From positions 1-62,136 of the forward strand of contig JAGQMC010000048.1 in assembly GCA_020428815.1 (NCBI GenBank): 62,136 nucleotides of DNA, read 5' to 3'. Positions 54,140 to 62,136 of the stretch are shown here, in pieces. Each line of letters opens with the position of its first letter. Positions within the stretch are counted from its first letter, which is position 1. A program made the translations under genes and the position numbers. The notes under the pieces were generated by a model. The model had not been told where the DNA came from and did no database searches. It saw only the letters and a list, made by a program, of their open reading frames with translations. This DNA is from Candidatus Kaiserbacteria bacterium. Its GTDB lineage: Bacteria > Patescibacteriota > Minisyncoccia > Phycocordibacterales > UBA918.

Positions 54140-55342
54140 TCATTCGCTTCGCAGGGCGTCTACTGGTTGTAATTTAGATGCGTTACGAGCTGGGTAAATA
54201 CCAAACACAATACCAACCATAAAAGACACTAGGGTGGCATATACGACCACTTCATTTGACATTTCAAGACTCATTTCGCTAAACATTCCTTGTCCAGAAC
54301 TTGATTCAAGTGTTTGATTGGCCAAGAAGGCCAATAAATAGGTGAGCCCAATACCAATCAAGCCTCCAATAACTGTTAGGGCAATCGATTCAGTTAGAAT
54401 TTGATATAGCACATCACTATCACGGGCTCCAATTGCTTTTCGTAGTCCAATTTCTTTAGTTCGTTCAGTTACAGTAGTGAGCATCATATTCATAGTGCCA
54501 ATTCCACCAACAAATAAAGCAATTCCACCAATTACACCAAGAAAGAGACTAATCATTTTGGTAGTTTCTTGAACATTCTCAATGGCATCTTGAGCACTTG
54601 AGACACTGAAGTAGTCACTACTATCGCTATTGGCGTAGCGAGACGCATTGAGAGATTCTAAAATATGAATGGCAGCTATTTCATAATATTCTTGCTCCTT
54701 AAGTGTGACGCCGATAGAAGAGAAGACTTTAGTGTCAGTCACGATCCCAAGAGCAGAAGCATATGGAATTATTATGGAACCATCACTGCGTCTACCAAAG
54801 CCAGTGTTGCCTCCTTCCATTACACCAATAACAGTAAAATGCTGACCATTAAGTGTTAAGGTGCCCTCACTAATATCTATGCCCGCCTCATCTTGGACAG
54901 TTTCAACAAAACCCTCATCAACTAGAGCCACATGTTCATCATAATTGATGTCAGTAAAATCAAAATTTGTACCTGATAAAATCGTCAGATTACCAATTGT
55001 TTCATAGTCACCCAAAGCAGTAGAAATAGAAGGGTTAAAAGATGAACCGCCAGCAATTGTAGTAACGTTATTTATAGATTGATTGGCCAAGACACCAGAT
55101 ATATACGGCTGTTCTTGTATCCAATTTAAGTCAGTTTGGGTTAAATCCCCGCTGATTGTAATGTCTCCAGTGGTAAATGAGTTAAATCTTTCTAACACAT
55201 TACTAGACAGTCCCTCCCCAAGAGCCAACATGGTTGTGACTGAAAAAATACCAACTACAATCCCAATTATAGTAAGAGATGAACGCAACGCATTGGTGCG
55301 TAGTGCTTGTACAGCTTCAGTAATGAAAAAATGAAATTTCAT
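54140..55342 (-). CDS. ABC transporter permease, FtsX/MacB type
   Basis: MacB_PCD-like periplasmic domain between TM1 and TM2. C-terminal FtsX motif TERTKEIGLRKAIGA and YPARNASKLQPVDALR. The start at the internal Met (55342) lies 4 nt from the ATPase stop. Confidence 0.85.
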   Translation of the reverse strand: MKFHFFITEAVQALRTNALRSSLTIIGIVVGIFSVTTMLALGEGLSSNVLERFNSFTTGDITISGDLTQTDLNWIQEQPYISGVLANQSINNVTTIAGGSSFNPSISTALGDYETIGNLTILSGTNFDFTDINYDEHVALVDEGFVETVQDEAGIDISEGTLTLNGQHFTVIGVMEGGNTGFGRRSDGSIIIPYASALGIVTDTKVFSSIGVTLKEQEYYEIAAIHILESLNASRYANSDSSDYFSVSSAQDAIENVQETTKMISLFLGVIGGIALFVGGIGTMNMMLTTVTERTKEIGLRKAIGARDSDVLYQILTESIALTVIGGLIGIGLTYLLAFLANQTLESSSGQGMFSEMSLEMSNEVVVYATLVSFMVGIVFGIYPARNASKLQPVDALRSE

Positions 55343-55346
55343 AAAT

Positions 55347-56054
55347 TTAAATTTGATGAGTATAACCATCTTTAATCGTGATAACGCGATGAACAACGTC
55401 CGTTAAAGATTCGTCATGCGTCACTATTATAATGGTGGTGTTATATTTATCATTTAGATACTGTAGTGATTCAATAATATTATCTCCCGTCTGGGAATCC
55501 AGATTTCCTGTTGGTTCATCGGCCAGTAATAGTCGAGGTCTCGCCACTAATGCACGTGCTATAGCTGCCCGTTGTCGTTGCCCTCCTGATAGTTGATTAG
55601 GACGTTTATGCCAATGTTTTTCTTCAAGGGCAGCACGATTGAGTGCGTGTGTGACGTACTCATGGTGGTCTCCAGTAAAACTCCGCTGGTACAGAAGGGG
55701 GAGTTTCACATTTTGATAAACAGTCTTACCTGGTAGTAGATGAAATGATTGAAAAATAAAACTAATATCTCGCGAACGTAGTTCAGCCAACTCGTCAGAA
55801 GTCATGGTGTTTACATGTTTCTCTGCAAAGTAGTAGTCCCCCTTAGTAGGAATGTCGAGTCCGCCAATAATGTTCATAAGGGTTGATTTTCCTGAACCAG
55901 ATTGCCCCAAAATTGCTATCATTTCACCCTCAGATACAGTTAGATTTATGTGATGTAAGACTGGTACTTCAAGGCCGCCCTTAAGATAAAAGCTTTTTGA
56001 TATATCTGAAAGTGTAACAATATTATTATTTTGATTAGATTTTGTTGTAGTCAT
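55347..56054 (-). CDS. ABC transporter ATP-binding protein (MacB/LolD type)
   Basis: Walker A GQSGSGKST, Q-loop, signature LSGGQRQR, Walker B LLLADEPTGNLD, H-loop TH. Confidence 0.9.
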   Translation of the reverse strand: MTTTKSNQNNNIVTLSDISKSFYLKGGLEVPVLHHINLTVSEGEMIAILGQSGSGKSTLMNIIGGLDIPTKGDYYFAEKHVNTMTSDELAELRSRDISFIFQSFHLLPGKTVYQNVKLPLLYQRSFTGDHHEYVTHALNRAALEEKHWHKRPNQLSGGQRQRAAIARALVARPRLLLADEPTGNLDSQTGDNIIESLQYLNDKYNTTIIIVTHDESLTDVVHRVITIKDGYTHQI

Positions 56055-56062
56055 AACAAGTT

Positions 56063-57778
56063 TTATTCTGGCCTGTTACCTCCACCGCCAGGCCTAAAAC
56101 CTTGCTGGTTAAGAACAGAGGTGTCATCAGTGACTCCTGTATTATTACTGACTATAATAATTGTTCCTTCTTCCAACCCGTCAAGAATTTCAACATAGAA
56201 TGTCCCAGTTAGTCCCAACTGGACTTCGGTTGAGTAACTTGGAATCGTGCCACCATCTGAGCGTAGGATGCCGAGCCGGTCAATCATTTTTTGTTGTTCC
56301 TCCGATACAGTATCAAGTACCTCAACTGTAATCCGTCCTTGTTCATATGATATGGCCGAACTAGGAATTCGAATCACGTTAGTTGCTTCCTCTTCCACTA
56401 CTTCAATGTCAGCCAGTAACCCCTCACGTAGTTTTATGGTTGAATCTTCAGGTGTTTCAATTAGTGCTTGCACTTCATACTGTGCCACACCACTACCATC
56501 TGGGAGTGAGCTAATTTCGGTAACATAAGCATCAAGAGTTTCTACATTTGAAAATGAAGTAATGGTCACTAATACTTTTTGCCCAACCTCAACTTTTGCC
56601 ACGTCTACTGCTCCTAGAGAGAAGGTGACTAGGAACTCGTCAGAAATCAGGGTCCCAAAATCAATAGTGTCTTCTGAGCCGCCGGTTGGAGTAGCTCCTT
56701 CAACTACATTTGACATGCCTTCAACTGTGCCAGAAAAAGGGGCAACTATATCACGGTCTTGAACCACGTCATAATATTTATAGAGACGTTGTTGTGCTTC
56801 AGCTAGAGTTGATTCTGCTTGCTCAACACCCAGATTCCTATAACTAGCTGTGTCTGTTTGGTACAAATCTTCAAGGTCTTGTTTAGTATTTGTTAAATTA
56901 ACTTTTGCATCGGCAATGTTTTTTTCTAAGTCGGCAATATTATCTTCATAATCAGCCAAAGACTCAGGATAAGTAGCAATTTCAGTATTTGGTACATACA
57001 CAACCCATTTATCGTTCACCTTAGTGTCATTCGGAAATATTATCTTCAAACCTCGAGTGCCCAAATTTACTGCCTTGCCAAAAATTACTGGCCCAATCAT
57101 AGATTCAAGTCCTGATACACGGTACGAAAATCCAGAATCAGATCCTGAAGAGTATAATTCAATTACATATTGCCCCTCAATATCACTAACATAACGACCA
57201 GATAAAGTTGGTTCAGTGCGATCATCTAGTATGTCAGAACGGTCTGAATGCGGTACAACCTCCAAGTTTTTGTTTAAAAAGTCACGATAAATATCAATGA
57301 TATCCTGTTCAGCATCACTAATTATTTTTTGATAGTTAATAAGCTGGTTTTCTTTACTGCGTATTTCTGTATTAGGGTCTAGGGCATCAGTTTGTTCTTT
57401 TTGTAGAGCAAGCTCTGCTTCTACTACTGACACTTGGGCTGATTGAGTGTCAACATAAGCATCACTTTTATCAAAAGATATAAGCACATCATTTGTGTTG
57501 ACATGTTGACCATTAACAACACTTACTGTGTCTATTTGCTCAGTTTGTTTATATACATTAAGGTCAAGTTTTTGAGCTGCCACTATTTCACCAGTGGTCT
57601 CAATACCTGAGGAAACATCCCCTCGGCCAACAGTCTCAACTACATATAAAGAAGCTGGGTTATTTGTTGATTCAGAGTTATTGTGCCCCCAAAATATATA
57701 TCCAAAAACAGAACCGATTATAATTAAAAGGAAAAGCCAAGTTGATGGGAGGGGTTTATTTTTGAGTTTATTAATCAT
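56063..57778 (-). CDS. periplasmic adaptor (HlyD/MacA-like membrane fusion protein), enlarged
   Basis: N-terminal TM helix, a biotinyl-lipoyl-like hairpin (VNGQHVNTNDVLISFD ... APFSGTVEG), a long coiled-coil, and beta-barrel segments. In an operon with the MacB-type pair. Confidence 0.65.
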   Translation of the reverse strand: MINKLKNKPLPSTWLFLLIIIGSVFGYIFWGHNNSESTNNPASLYVVETVGRGDVSSGIETTGEIVAAQKLDLNVYKQTEQIDTVSVVNGQHVNTNDVLISFDKSDAYVDTQSAQVSVVEAELALQKEQTDALDPNTEIRSKENQLINYQKIISDAEQDIIDIYRDFLNKNLEVVPHSDRSDILDDRTEPTLSGRYVSDIEGQYVIELYSSGSDSGFSYRVSGLESMIGPVIFGKAVNLGTRGLKIIFPNDTKVNDKWVVYVPNTEIATYPESLADYEDNIADLEKNIADAKVNLTNTKQDLEDLYQTDTASYRNLGVEQAESTLAEAQQRLYKYYDVVQDRDIVAPFSGTVEGMSNVVEGATPTGGSEDTIDFGTLISDEFLVTFSLGAVDVAKVEVGQKVLVTITSFSNVETLDAYVTEISSLPDGSGVAQYEVQALIETPEDSTIKLREGLLADIEVVEEEATNVIRIPSSAISYEQGRITVEVLDTVSEEQQKMIDRLGILRSDGGTIPSYSTEVQLGLTGTFYVEILDGLEEGTIIIVSNNTGVTDDTSVLNQQGFRPGGGGNRPE

Positions 57779-57782
57779 ATTT

Positions 57783-58574
57783 TTATTGTTTATTTGGTAT
57801 TGGTTTTGGTGGTAATTGTGGTGTTCTATATTCAGTTGATGATGCTCTGGGGTTTTTGTGATCGCTTATCTTAAGTGGTGGTGACATAAAGTTGTCGGGG
57901 CGAGGCTTGATACCAAAGGCTGTTATCACGCTCTCATCTCTCTCACCAAAAACTATCAGGTATTCGCCAACAATAATAGGGGTTTCTCGTGGCATTCTTG
58001 TTTTCTCAGTAATCTTTATAGTTATCGATTCACCCTGTTCTGATGTTAGGACTAGATCGCTGCCGCTTATTTCAGTTATCTGACCAACCACCAGACCGTC
58101 TGGTCGTTGATTCATTGCGTTACGATAGAGCGGGGAGAAGACTGGCACATCATGTCTTTCTGTAAAATGACCAATCCGTTGGTGGACTGTGGTTTGTTGA
58201 ATTAGCCATGATCCCAACAAGGATAATAATATTAAACTCAACATGGTGTAGAGCAATGGTTGCTTGAAGCTGAAAGAATATTGGGTAACCAAGAGGTAAA
58301 GTAGAATCAGAAAGATAAAGCTAGTGCCAATTAGCAACCAAGGTGAAGACATGATAAAGAAACTGATGCCTCGGAAACCAAAACCAAAAGCAAACACAGA
58401 TCCACTTTGATGGAAAATGAATAACACAAAGCTGATTAGATACAGCACCAAGAGTACAGTAATTAATAAGCCAAAAAACAATAATCCAGTGCGGAGAACA
58501 AAATGCCATTTTGGCTTCATGTCAATTTCGCCAGATTTAATTTTATTTAAGATGTTGTTCTGTAGATTTTTCAT
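57783..58574 (-). CDS. polytopic membrane protein, putative anti-sigma factor (by position)
   Basis: Overlaps the upstream ECF sigma gene by 4 nt. A short cytoplasmic N-terminus is followed by 5-6 TM helices and an extracytoplasmic C-domain. No zf-HC2 motif was seen. Confidence 0.4.
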   Translation of the reverse strand: MKNLQNNILNKIKSGEIDMKPKWHFVLRTGLLFFGLLITVLLVLYLISFVLFIFHQSGSVFAFGFGFRGISFFIMSSPWLLIGTSFIFLILLYLLVTQYSFSFKQPLLYTMLSLILLSLLGSWLIQQTTVHQRIGHFTERHDVPVFSPLYRNAMNQRPDGLVVGQITEISGSDLVLTSEQGESITIKITEKTRMPRETPIIVGEYLIVFGERDESVITAFGIKPRPDNFMSPPLKISDHKNPRASSTEYRTPQLPPKPIPNKQ

Positions 58575-59128
58575 AACGGTTTTGTTTGCTGATAAAGTTT
58601 TCTTAGATTGGTTCTAGCACGATTCAGGCGTACCCCAACAGTAGTGGTTGGTATTTGGAGTACATCACTGATTTCTTGATAACTAAATGATTCATAATAA
58701 TGAAGTAGAATAACCTCACGATACTTAGCCGGCAGTTGTTTAATCAGTTTGTCCATTTCTGCTACAGTCTCTTCTGTCAATACTTGTCCATCAGCTGTTT
58801 CTTTAGCTGGTAAAAATGGCAGAATTGTGTCAGCAGCAAAGAGACCAAAGCCAGCACGTTCTTTGCGCTTTAATTCGTTGACGAACGTGTTATGGGCTAT
58901 GCGATAAATCCAAGGAGAAAAACGCTGATTGGTATCAAAAGCCTGAATATTGGTATAGGTTTTTATAAACACATCTTGTACCAAGTCATCTATTTCGTGA
59001 TTGGTGTTCAAAAATTTATTAGCGTAGCGTTTAAGCTTGGCTTCAAAACGAGCAACCAATTCCCCGAATGCTTCTGTGTCTCCCGCTTGTACCGAGTTTA
59101 CTATCTCTTCATCTGATAATTCAGTCAT
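58571..59128 (-). CDS. ECF-type RNA polymerase sigma-70 factor
   Basis: Region 2 (DLVQDVFIKTY ... FSPWIYRIAHNTFVNELRK-like) and region 4 (YREVILLHYYESFSYQEISDVLQIPTTTVGVRLNRAR). Confidence 0.9.
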   Translation of the reverse strand: MTELSDEEIVNSVQAGDTEAFGELVARFEAKLKRYANKFLNTNHEIDDLVQDVFIKTYTNIQAFDTNQRFSPWIYRIAHNTFVNELKRKERAGFGLFAADTILPFLPAKETADGQVLTEETVAEMDKLIKQLPAKYREVILLHYYESFSYQEISDVLQIPTTTVGVRLNRARTNLRKLYQQTKPL

Positions 59129-59307
59129 AGGCTCAATTATTAATACAACACATTAGATTAATTATTACAAAACACAGACTGATTTGTCCGTGCTTTGTAA
59201 TTCATGTTTGTTGGGTAAAAGGTGTAGACTTGACTCAGTTGACAGCCAACTTCTTATAGTTAGGACCACTGATGGGTACTTGTGCCTTTTAAAATCTTCT
59301 TGGCTAT

Positions 59308-59838
59308 CTAATTAGTTTTTTGACCAAATCTTCCATTTCTAGCATTCTCACGATGACCATGATCTCCTTGATCAAAGCCATTATGTCTAATTGGGTGTTC
59401 AATACCCAGCTCAGCCATTAATTCAACTGCTTCCTCTCGGTCTCCAGACTTCATTAGCTCGTGGGCTGTTTGGAAGGTTTCAAAGTCTGCTTTTGAGTCA
59501 ATTGCTTCAGCTAGTGGGGTATTTTCGATAGCCGTTAGAAAAGCCTCATAATCATCATTAGCAAGAGCAGTTTGGACAGCCGTTTGACGTTCTTCTTGTT
59601 GAGTGTGTAGAGCTGTGCGAATTTCTCTCATCTTTTCTTCATTAATTCCAACCTCCTCAATCATTTCTTTGGCTTTTGTTTGTGCTTCCTCGATAATTTC
59701 TCGAGATTCTACTAGGGCACTTATCTGATCATCTGTCAGGTCCACATCAATACTTTCAAGAAAGTCAGTATTAAAGGCGCTCACTGCCGTAGCCGTGACT
59801 GCAAAAGCGGCGACAGGGATTATTAATTGTTTAATCAT
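59308..59838 (-). CDS. secreted all-helical protein, Spy/CpxP-like (LTxxQ motif), His-rich tail
   Basis: Signal peptide MIKQLIIPVAAFAVTATAVSA, then DLTDDQISAL and an E/A/Q-rich helical sequence. C-terminus HPIRHNGFDQGDHGHRE. Confidence 0.4.
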   Translation of the reverse strand: MIKQLIIPVAAFAVTATAVSAFNTDFLESIDVDLTDDQISALVESREIIEEAQTKAKEMIEEVGINEEKMREIRTALHTQQEERQTAVQTALANDDYEAFLTAIENTPLAEAIDSKADFETFQTAHELMKSGDREEAVELMAELGIEHPIRHNGFDQGDHGHRENARNGRFGQKTN

Positions 59839-60152
59839 TATTTTTTTAATGTACTAAGTAACGGGTAATTTTTCAGCTTTGCAAAGTGTATATGAGGTAG
59901 TTTTTTGTAAACGGGCCATTGTGTCGGATTAGACTAATGCCTACACTCTGTACCAGAGTTCCGTTGTTAAACGCAACTGCCTCATTCTCTATTACAATTT
60001 AAGGAGTGTATTATTACAAATCAATTACCATTCGCCCTGTTTGATATCCAATCAATAAAATAACCATCTAATGGCAGTATTTAATGTAAGTGGTTTGTCT
60101 GGGAATTGAACCGTCTCGCGCGCCGGGGACTCTTCGTTGGGGAACGAAAAAC

Positions 60153-60166
60153 AGCTAGCACGAGAC
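60153..60166 (-). repeat. inverted partial copy (GTCTCGTGCTAGCT) of the 27-nt boundary motif
   Basis: Plus strand agctagcacgagac. It lies within a hairpin-rich 60110-60217 segment (ttcgtt-gggg-aacgaa; gcttc-aaatc-gaagc; acagctagc/gctagctgt). Confidence 0.8.
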
Positions 60167-60317
60167 GCTTCAAATCGAAGCTCTAACAGCTAGCTGTTCT
60201 TGGCGGGCGGTCTCGAGTCAGAACCATATTACCGTCAAGCTAGGCTTGGTCGATTGGCTAATTTTAAGAATGGCTACAAATACGGGTCTCGAGCGCAAAA
60301 ATGTATAATGTACTTAT

Positions 60318-61409
60318 ATGAAATCCTATCGAAGATTTGAATCTGAACAAGAACTGAAAGAACACATTAGAGACAACTTTGAAACTTATGTACATCTGCT
60401 TAAAGAAAAAATTGCACCACTTGAGGAGAACTACCGCAGAAGCTACAAACAAGGGGTAGTGGGGATTTTTCTGGTAATAGCTAGCATAGTTACTTGGTAT
60501 ATTCACCCTCCGATACTTATCCCACTTAGCCTGCTTTTTTTGTATTTTGGAATCAAAATGATCAGATCGGCTTTACCCGTGGTGTACAGTTTCAATAAAG
60601 CGCTTAATCAAGCTTCATACTCCCTTGTGTTTAAACTGTTTGATCTTGAAGCTGAGTACTTTGAACCCTCAGAAGAAGTGACACCTAAAAAATTAGATTA
60701 CCTGCCCAAAAGGCTCAGCAGTATTAAATATGTATTTCCTAAAAAGTTTTATCATGACACCTTGACACCGACTGTTTCTGGGAAAGTTGGAAAGCTTCTA
60801 GATCATTCTATGCTTATGACCGAGCCTAGAAATACTATCCAGGTAGATGACGCTTTTACATCGAAATTTTCTAACAGGGAAATGTATATTGCGGAATTAG
60901 ACGTTAAACATATTGAGAGAAGTAGACGTAGAGTTTTCGTAAAGAATATTTTCTCTGGCTTATTTGTAGCGCTAGAATTACCACGTACTCTTGAAGGCAA
61001 AACTTTCATTTCTACTGAGCTTGGCTTACTTTTTCAAGATATTGGAGGTCAAGTATTTGATCCCGATGCGGTAGAAACCGAACTAGAATGGAATGATTTT
61101 GAAAAATTATTAGAAGTTAAAACGACCAATCCAATTGAAGCGCGCTACATTCTAACGCCAGATTTTATGGAAGATCTATTCATTTGGTGGCGAGACAGAA
61201 AACAACTTGGAGACAAGAAACTCCAAGTTCGTCTGTCCTTTGTTGGTAATCACATGTATGTATTGTTTCCTGACAAAAGAACCCGAGTTGGAAACGCGGC
61301 ACTTCGGGTGCAGGCTCACGAGACACAAAAACACCTTGAGTCAATTGCATTACCATTAATGCATATTCTTAACTTAATAGACGATGTAGAACATCGCATT
61401 AAGTCATAA
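60318..61409 (+). CDS. DUF3137-like membrane protein
   Basis: 363 aa. Coiled N-terminus, two TM helices (VVGIFLVIASIVTWY; ILIPLSLLFLYFGI), then ...ARYILTPDFMEDL...VRLSFVGNHMYVLFPDK, the pattern I associate with DUF3137. TATAAT (60304-60309) lies 8 nt upstream of the ATG. Confidence 0.55.
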   Translation: MKSYRRFESEQELKEHIRDNFETYVHLLKEKIAPLEENYRRSYKQGVVGIFLVIASIVTWYIHPPILIPLSLLFLYFGIKMIRSALPVVYSFNKALNQASYSLVFKLFDLEAEYFEPSEEVTPKKLDYLPKRLSSIKYVFPKKFYHDTLTPTVSGKVGKLLDHSMLMTEPRNTIQVDDAFTSKFSNREMYIAELDVKHIERSRRRVFVKNIFSGLFVALELPRTLEGKTFISTELGLLFQDIGGQVFDPDAVETELEWNDFEKLLEVKTTNPIEARYILTPDFMEDLFIWWRDRKQLGDKKLQVRLSFVGNHMYVLFPDKRTRVGNAALRVQAHETQKHLESIALPLMHILNLIDDVEHRIKS

Positions 61410-61415
61410 AAACAG

Positions 61416-61442
61416 GTGTCTCGTGCTAGCTCTAAACGGCGG
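61416..61442 (+). repeat. 27-nt boundary motif, copy B
   Basis: GTGTCTCGTGCTAGCTCTAAACGGCGG, 6 nt after the DUF3137-like stop. It differs at 1 nt from 62000-62026. Confidence 0.9.
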
Positions 61443-61640
61443 AGAGGGATTCGGTCACCTTCACACCAATATTTTCTTCAGCTCCGCTTCAAAATATTAT
61501 GTTACGCGACCCCGTCGCTTCTGTGTGGACGATAAAGCATTCTCGTCCGGCTTCGCCAGAAGCTCTTTTCGAATCCCTTACTCTCTGGCAATAGCAAACC
61601 CTACTTGACCGTTTCAGCTATATTTTAAATTCATTTAATA
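61416..61640 (+). ncRNA. structured non-coding element bounded by GTGTCTCG motifs (class unknown)
   Basis: Long-range pairs are aaacgg (61434-61439) / ccgttt (61609-61614) and gggattcg (61446-61453) / cgaatccc (61570-61577). Internal hairpins are 61468-61475/61491-61498, 61506-61510/61514-61518 and 61528-61532/61543-61547. Confidence 0.3.
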
Positions 61641-61654
61641 GTGTCTCGGGCACT

Positions 61655-61981
61655 TTAGCTATTTAACTCAGAATCAATTCTTTGATCTAGTTCATTCATA
61701 GTTTTCAAAAATGATTCTTTGAGATCAACATCATACTTATCAGCAATAACGATTATTGACCACAAGCAATCTGCTAATTCGTGGGCGATTTTATTCTTAG
61801 AATCATCAATGTTCCTAACGCCATCTTCTGCCATTGTCAGCTTGACCAAATCACCTACATCGCCAACAAAACCCCTAACGAGGTCTTCTCGAGACCACTC
61901 TTTAGTTCCTTTATGTTTCTCAAGATTTGAGTATTTCTCACGAACCTCTATGGCACGCTTTTGTATATCTGAAAATTCCAT
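61655..61981 (-). CDS. MazG-like nucleoside triphosphate pyrophosphohydrolase (small all-alpha type)
   Basis: 108 aa: ...LVRGFVGDVGDLVKL...IAHELADCLWSIIVIADKYDVDLKESF, the EExxE/D-type MazG helix pattern. TGaTACAAT lies 6 nt upstream of the ATG. Confidence 0.75.
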   Translation of the reverse strand: MEFSDIQKRAIEVREKYSNLEKHKGTKEWSREDLVRGFVGDVGDLVKLTMAEDGVRNIDDSKNKIAHELADCLWSIIVIADKYDVDLKESFLKTMNELDQRIDSELNS

Positions 61982-61999
61982 ATTTTCATTGTATCACTA

Positions 62000-62026
62000 G
62001 TGTCTCGTACTAGCTCTAAACGGCGG
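62000..62026 (+). repeat. 27-nt boundary motif, copy C
   Basis: GTGTCTCGTACTAGCTCTAAACGGCGG. On the minus strand it overlaps the -35/spacer region of the MazG-like gene promoter. Confidence 0.9.
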
Positions 62027-62136
62027 TGCTTTTTGAACGAAGTTCGAACGCTCTACGAACAAAATCCGCAAGAGTTTGACTAATAACCCGCTCAGCCGCG
62101 CCCTCGGCTCCACTCCGTTCCGCCGACCGAAACAAA

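Noticed and set aside
60085-60135. tRNA- or tmRNA-like 3' end on the minus strand (ggttcaattccc...aaacca), and a GGGGAC start on the plus strand
   Set aside because: The putative T-arm does not pair (gacgg versus cccag). No acceptor partner is present. A tmRNA body would have to run into the DUF3137-like coding sequence.
61423-61608. 61-aa ORF inside the 225-nt structured unit
   Set aside because: It has a non-ATG start with no promoter or start context, an odd composition, and complete overlap with the pairing segments. I treated it as non-coding.
60100-61660. Integron attC sites bounding the cassette-like units
   Set aside because: The candidate R''/R' cores (CTCTAAAC ... GTTTCAG) do not fit RYYYAAC/GTTRRRY. 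The element is ~200 nt, longer than typical attC sites. No intI-type integrase or attI lies in the window. I kept it only as a loose analogy.
61416-62026. CRISPR array, suggested by the repeated 27-mers
   Set aside because: There are only two full copies plus degenerate ones. They are spaced 225-584 bp apart with genes between them. There is no regular repeat-spacer periodicity and there are no cas genes.

Overview
This 62-kb window looks like core chromosome from a small-genome bacterium. Three things point to Candidate Phyla Radiation / Patescibacteria, as an inference only: shortened housekeeping proteins, almost no Shine-Dalgarno sequences, and a T4SS-pilin-type cluster. All family calls were made by eye from motifs in the supplied translations; no searches were run.

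Gene content in order:
- A membrane-anchored Clp/Hsp100 ATPase.
- Two tandem M14 carboxypeptidase paralogs, the first with its catalytic residues substituted.
- xerC, then rpsO, an NYN nuclease and pnp.
- A DksA/TraR-like protein, comM, a LysM-M23 peptidase, pcrA, a P-loop kinase and rsmA.
- A ~12-kb, 11-gene T4SS-like envelope cluster (VirB6-like, PrgI-like, VirB4, pilin-like, plus seven unnamed secreted or membrane proteins).
- The origin region: yidC-rnpA-rpmH, dnaA-dnaN and a DciA-like gene.
- PBP1A, tyrS, an extremely acidic small protein, ruvC-yebC-ruvB, pilB, tsaE, polA, holA, tRNA-Lys(UUU), a TrmH-family methyltransferase and murE.
- A secreted protein with thrombospondin-type-1-like repeats and CARDB-like domains.
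- ruvA and rpsT.
- An ECF sigma / anti-sigma-like / MacAB-like / CpxP-like module.
- A terminal region with DUF3137-like and MazG-like genes separated by conserved 27-nt motifs.

Most worth a second look:
- The T4SS-like cluster, which lacks a coupling protein, relaxase and VirB11.
- A 61-bp near-perfect inverted repeat bracketing rpsO, placed the same way upstream of xerC and of the NYN gene. The right copy sits inside a perfect 20-bp-stem hairpin.
- Three heavily structured non-coding regions: 6532-6839, 42311-42503 (with its own extended -10 promoter) and 61416-61640.
- The motif-bounded cassette-like region at the 3' end of the window.
- The bacterial TSP1-repeat adhesin.

No rRNA, CRISPR array, transposase or prophage was seen.
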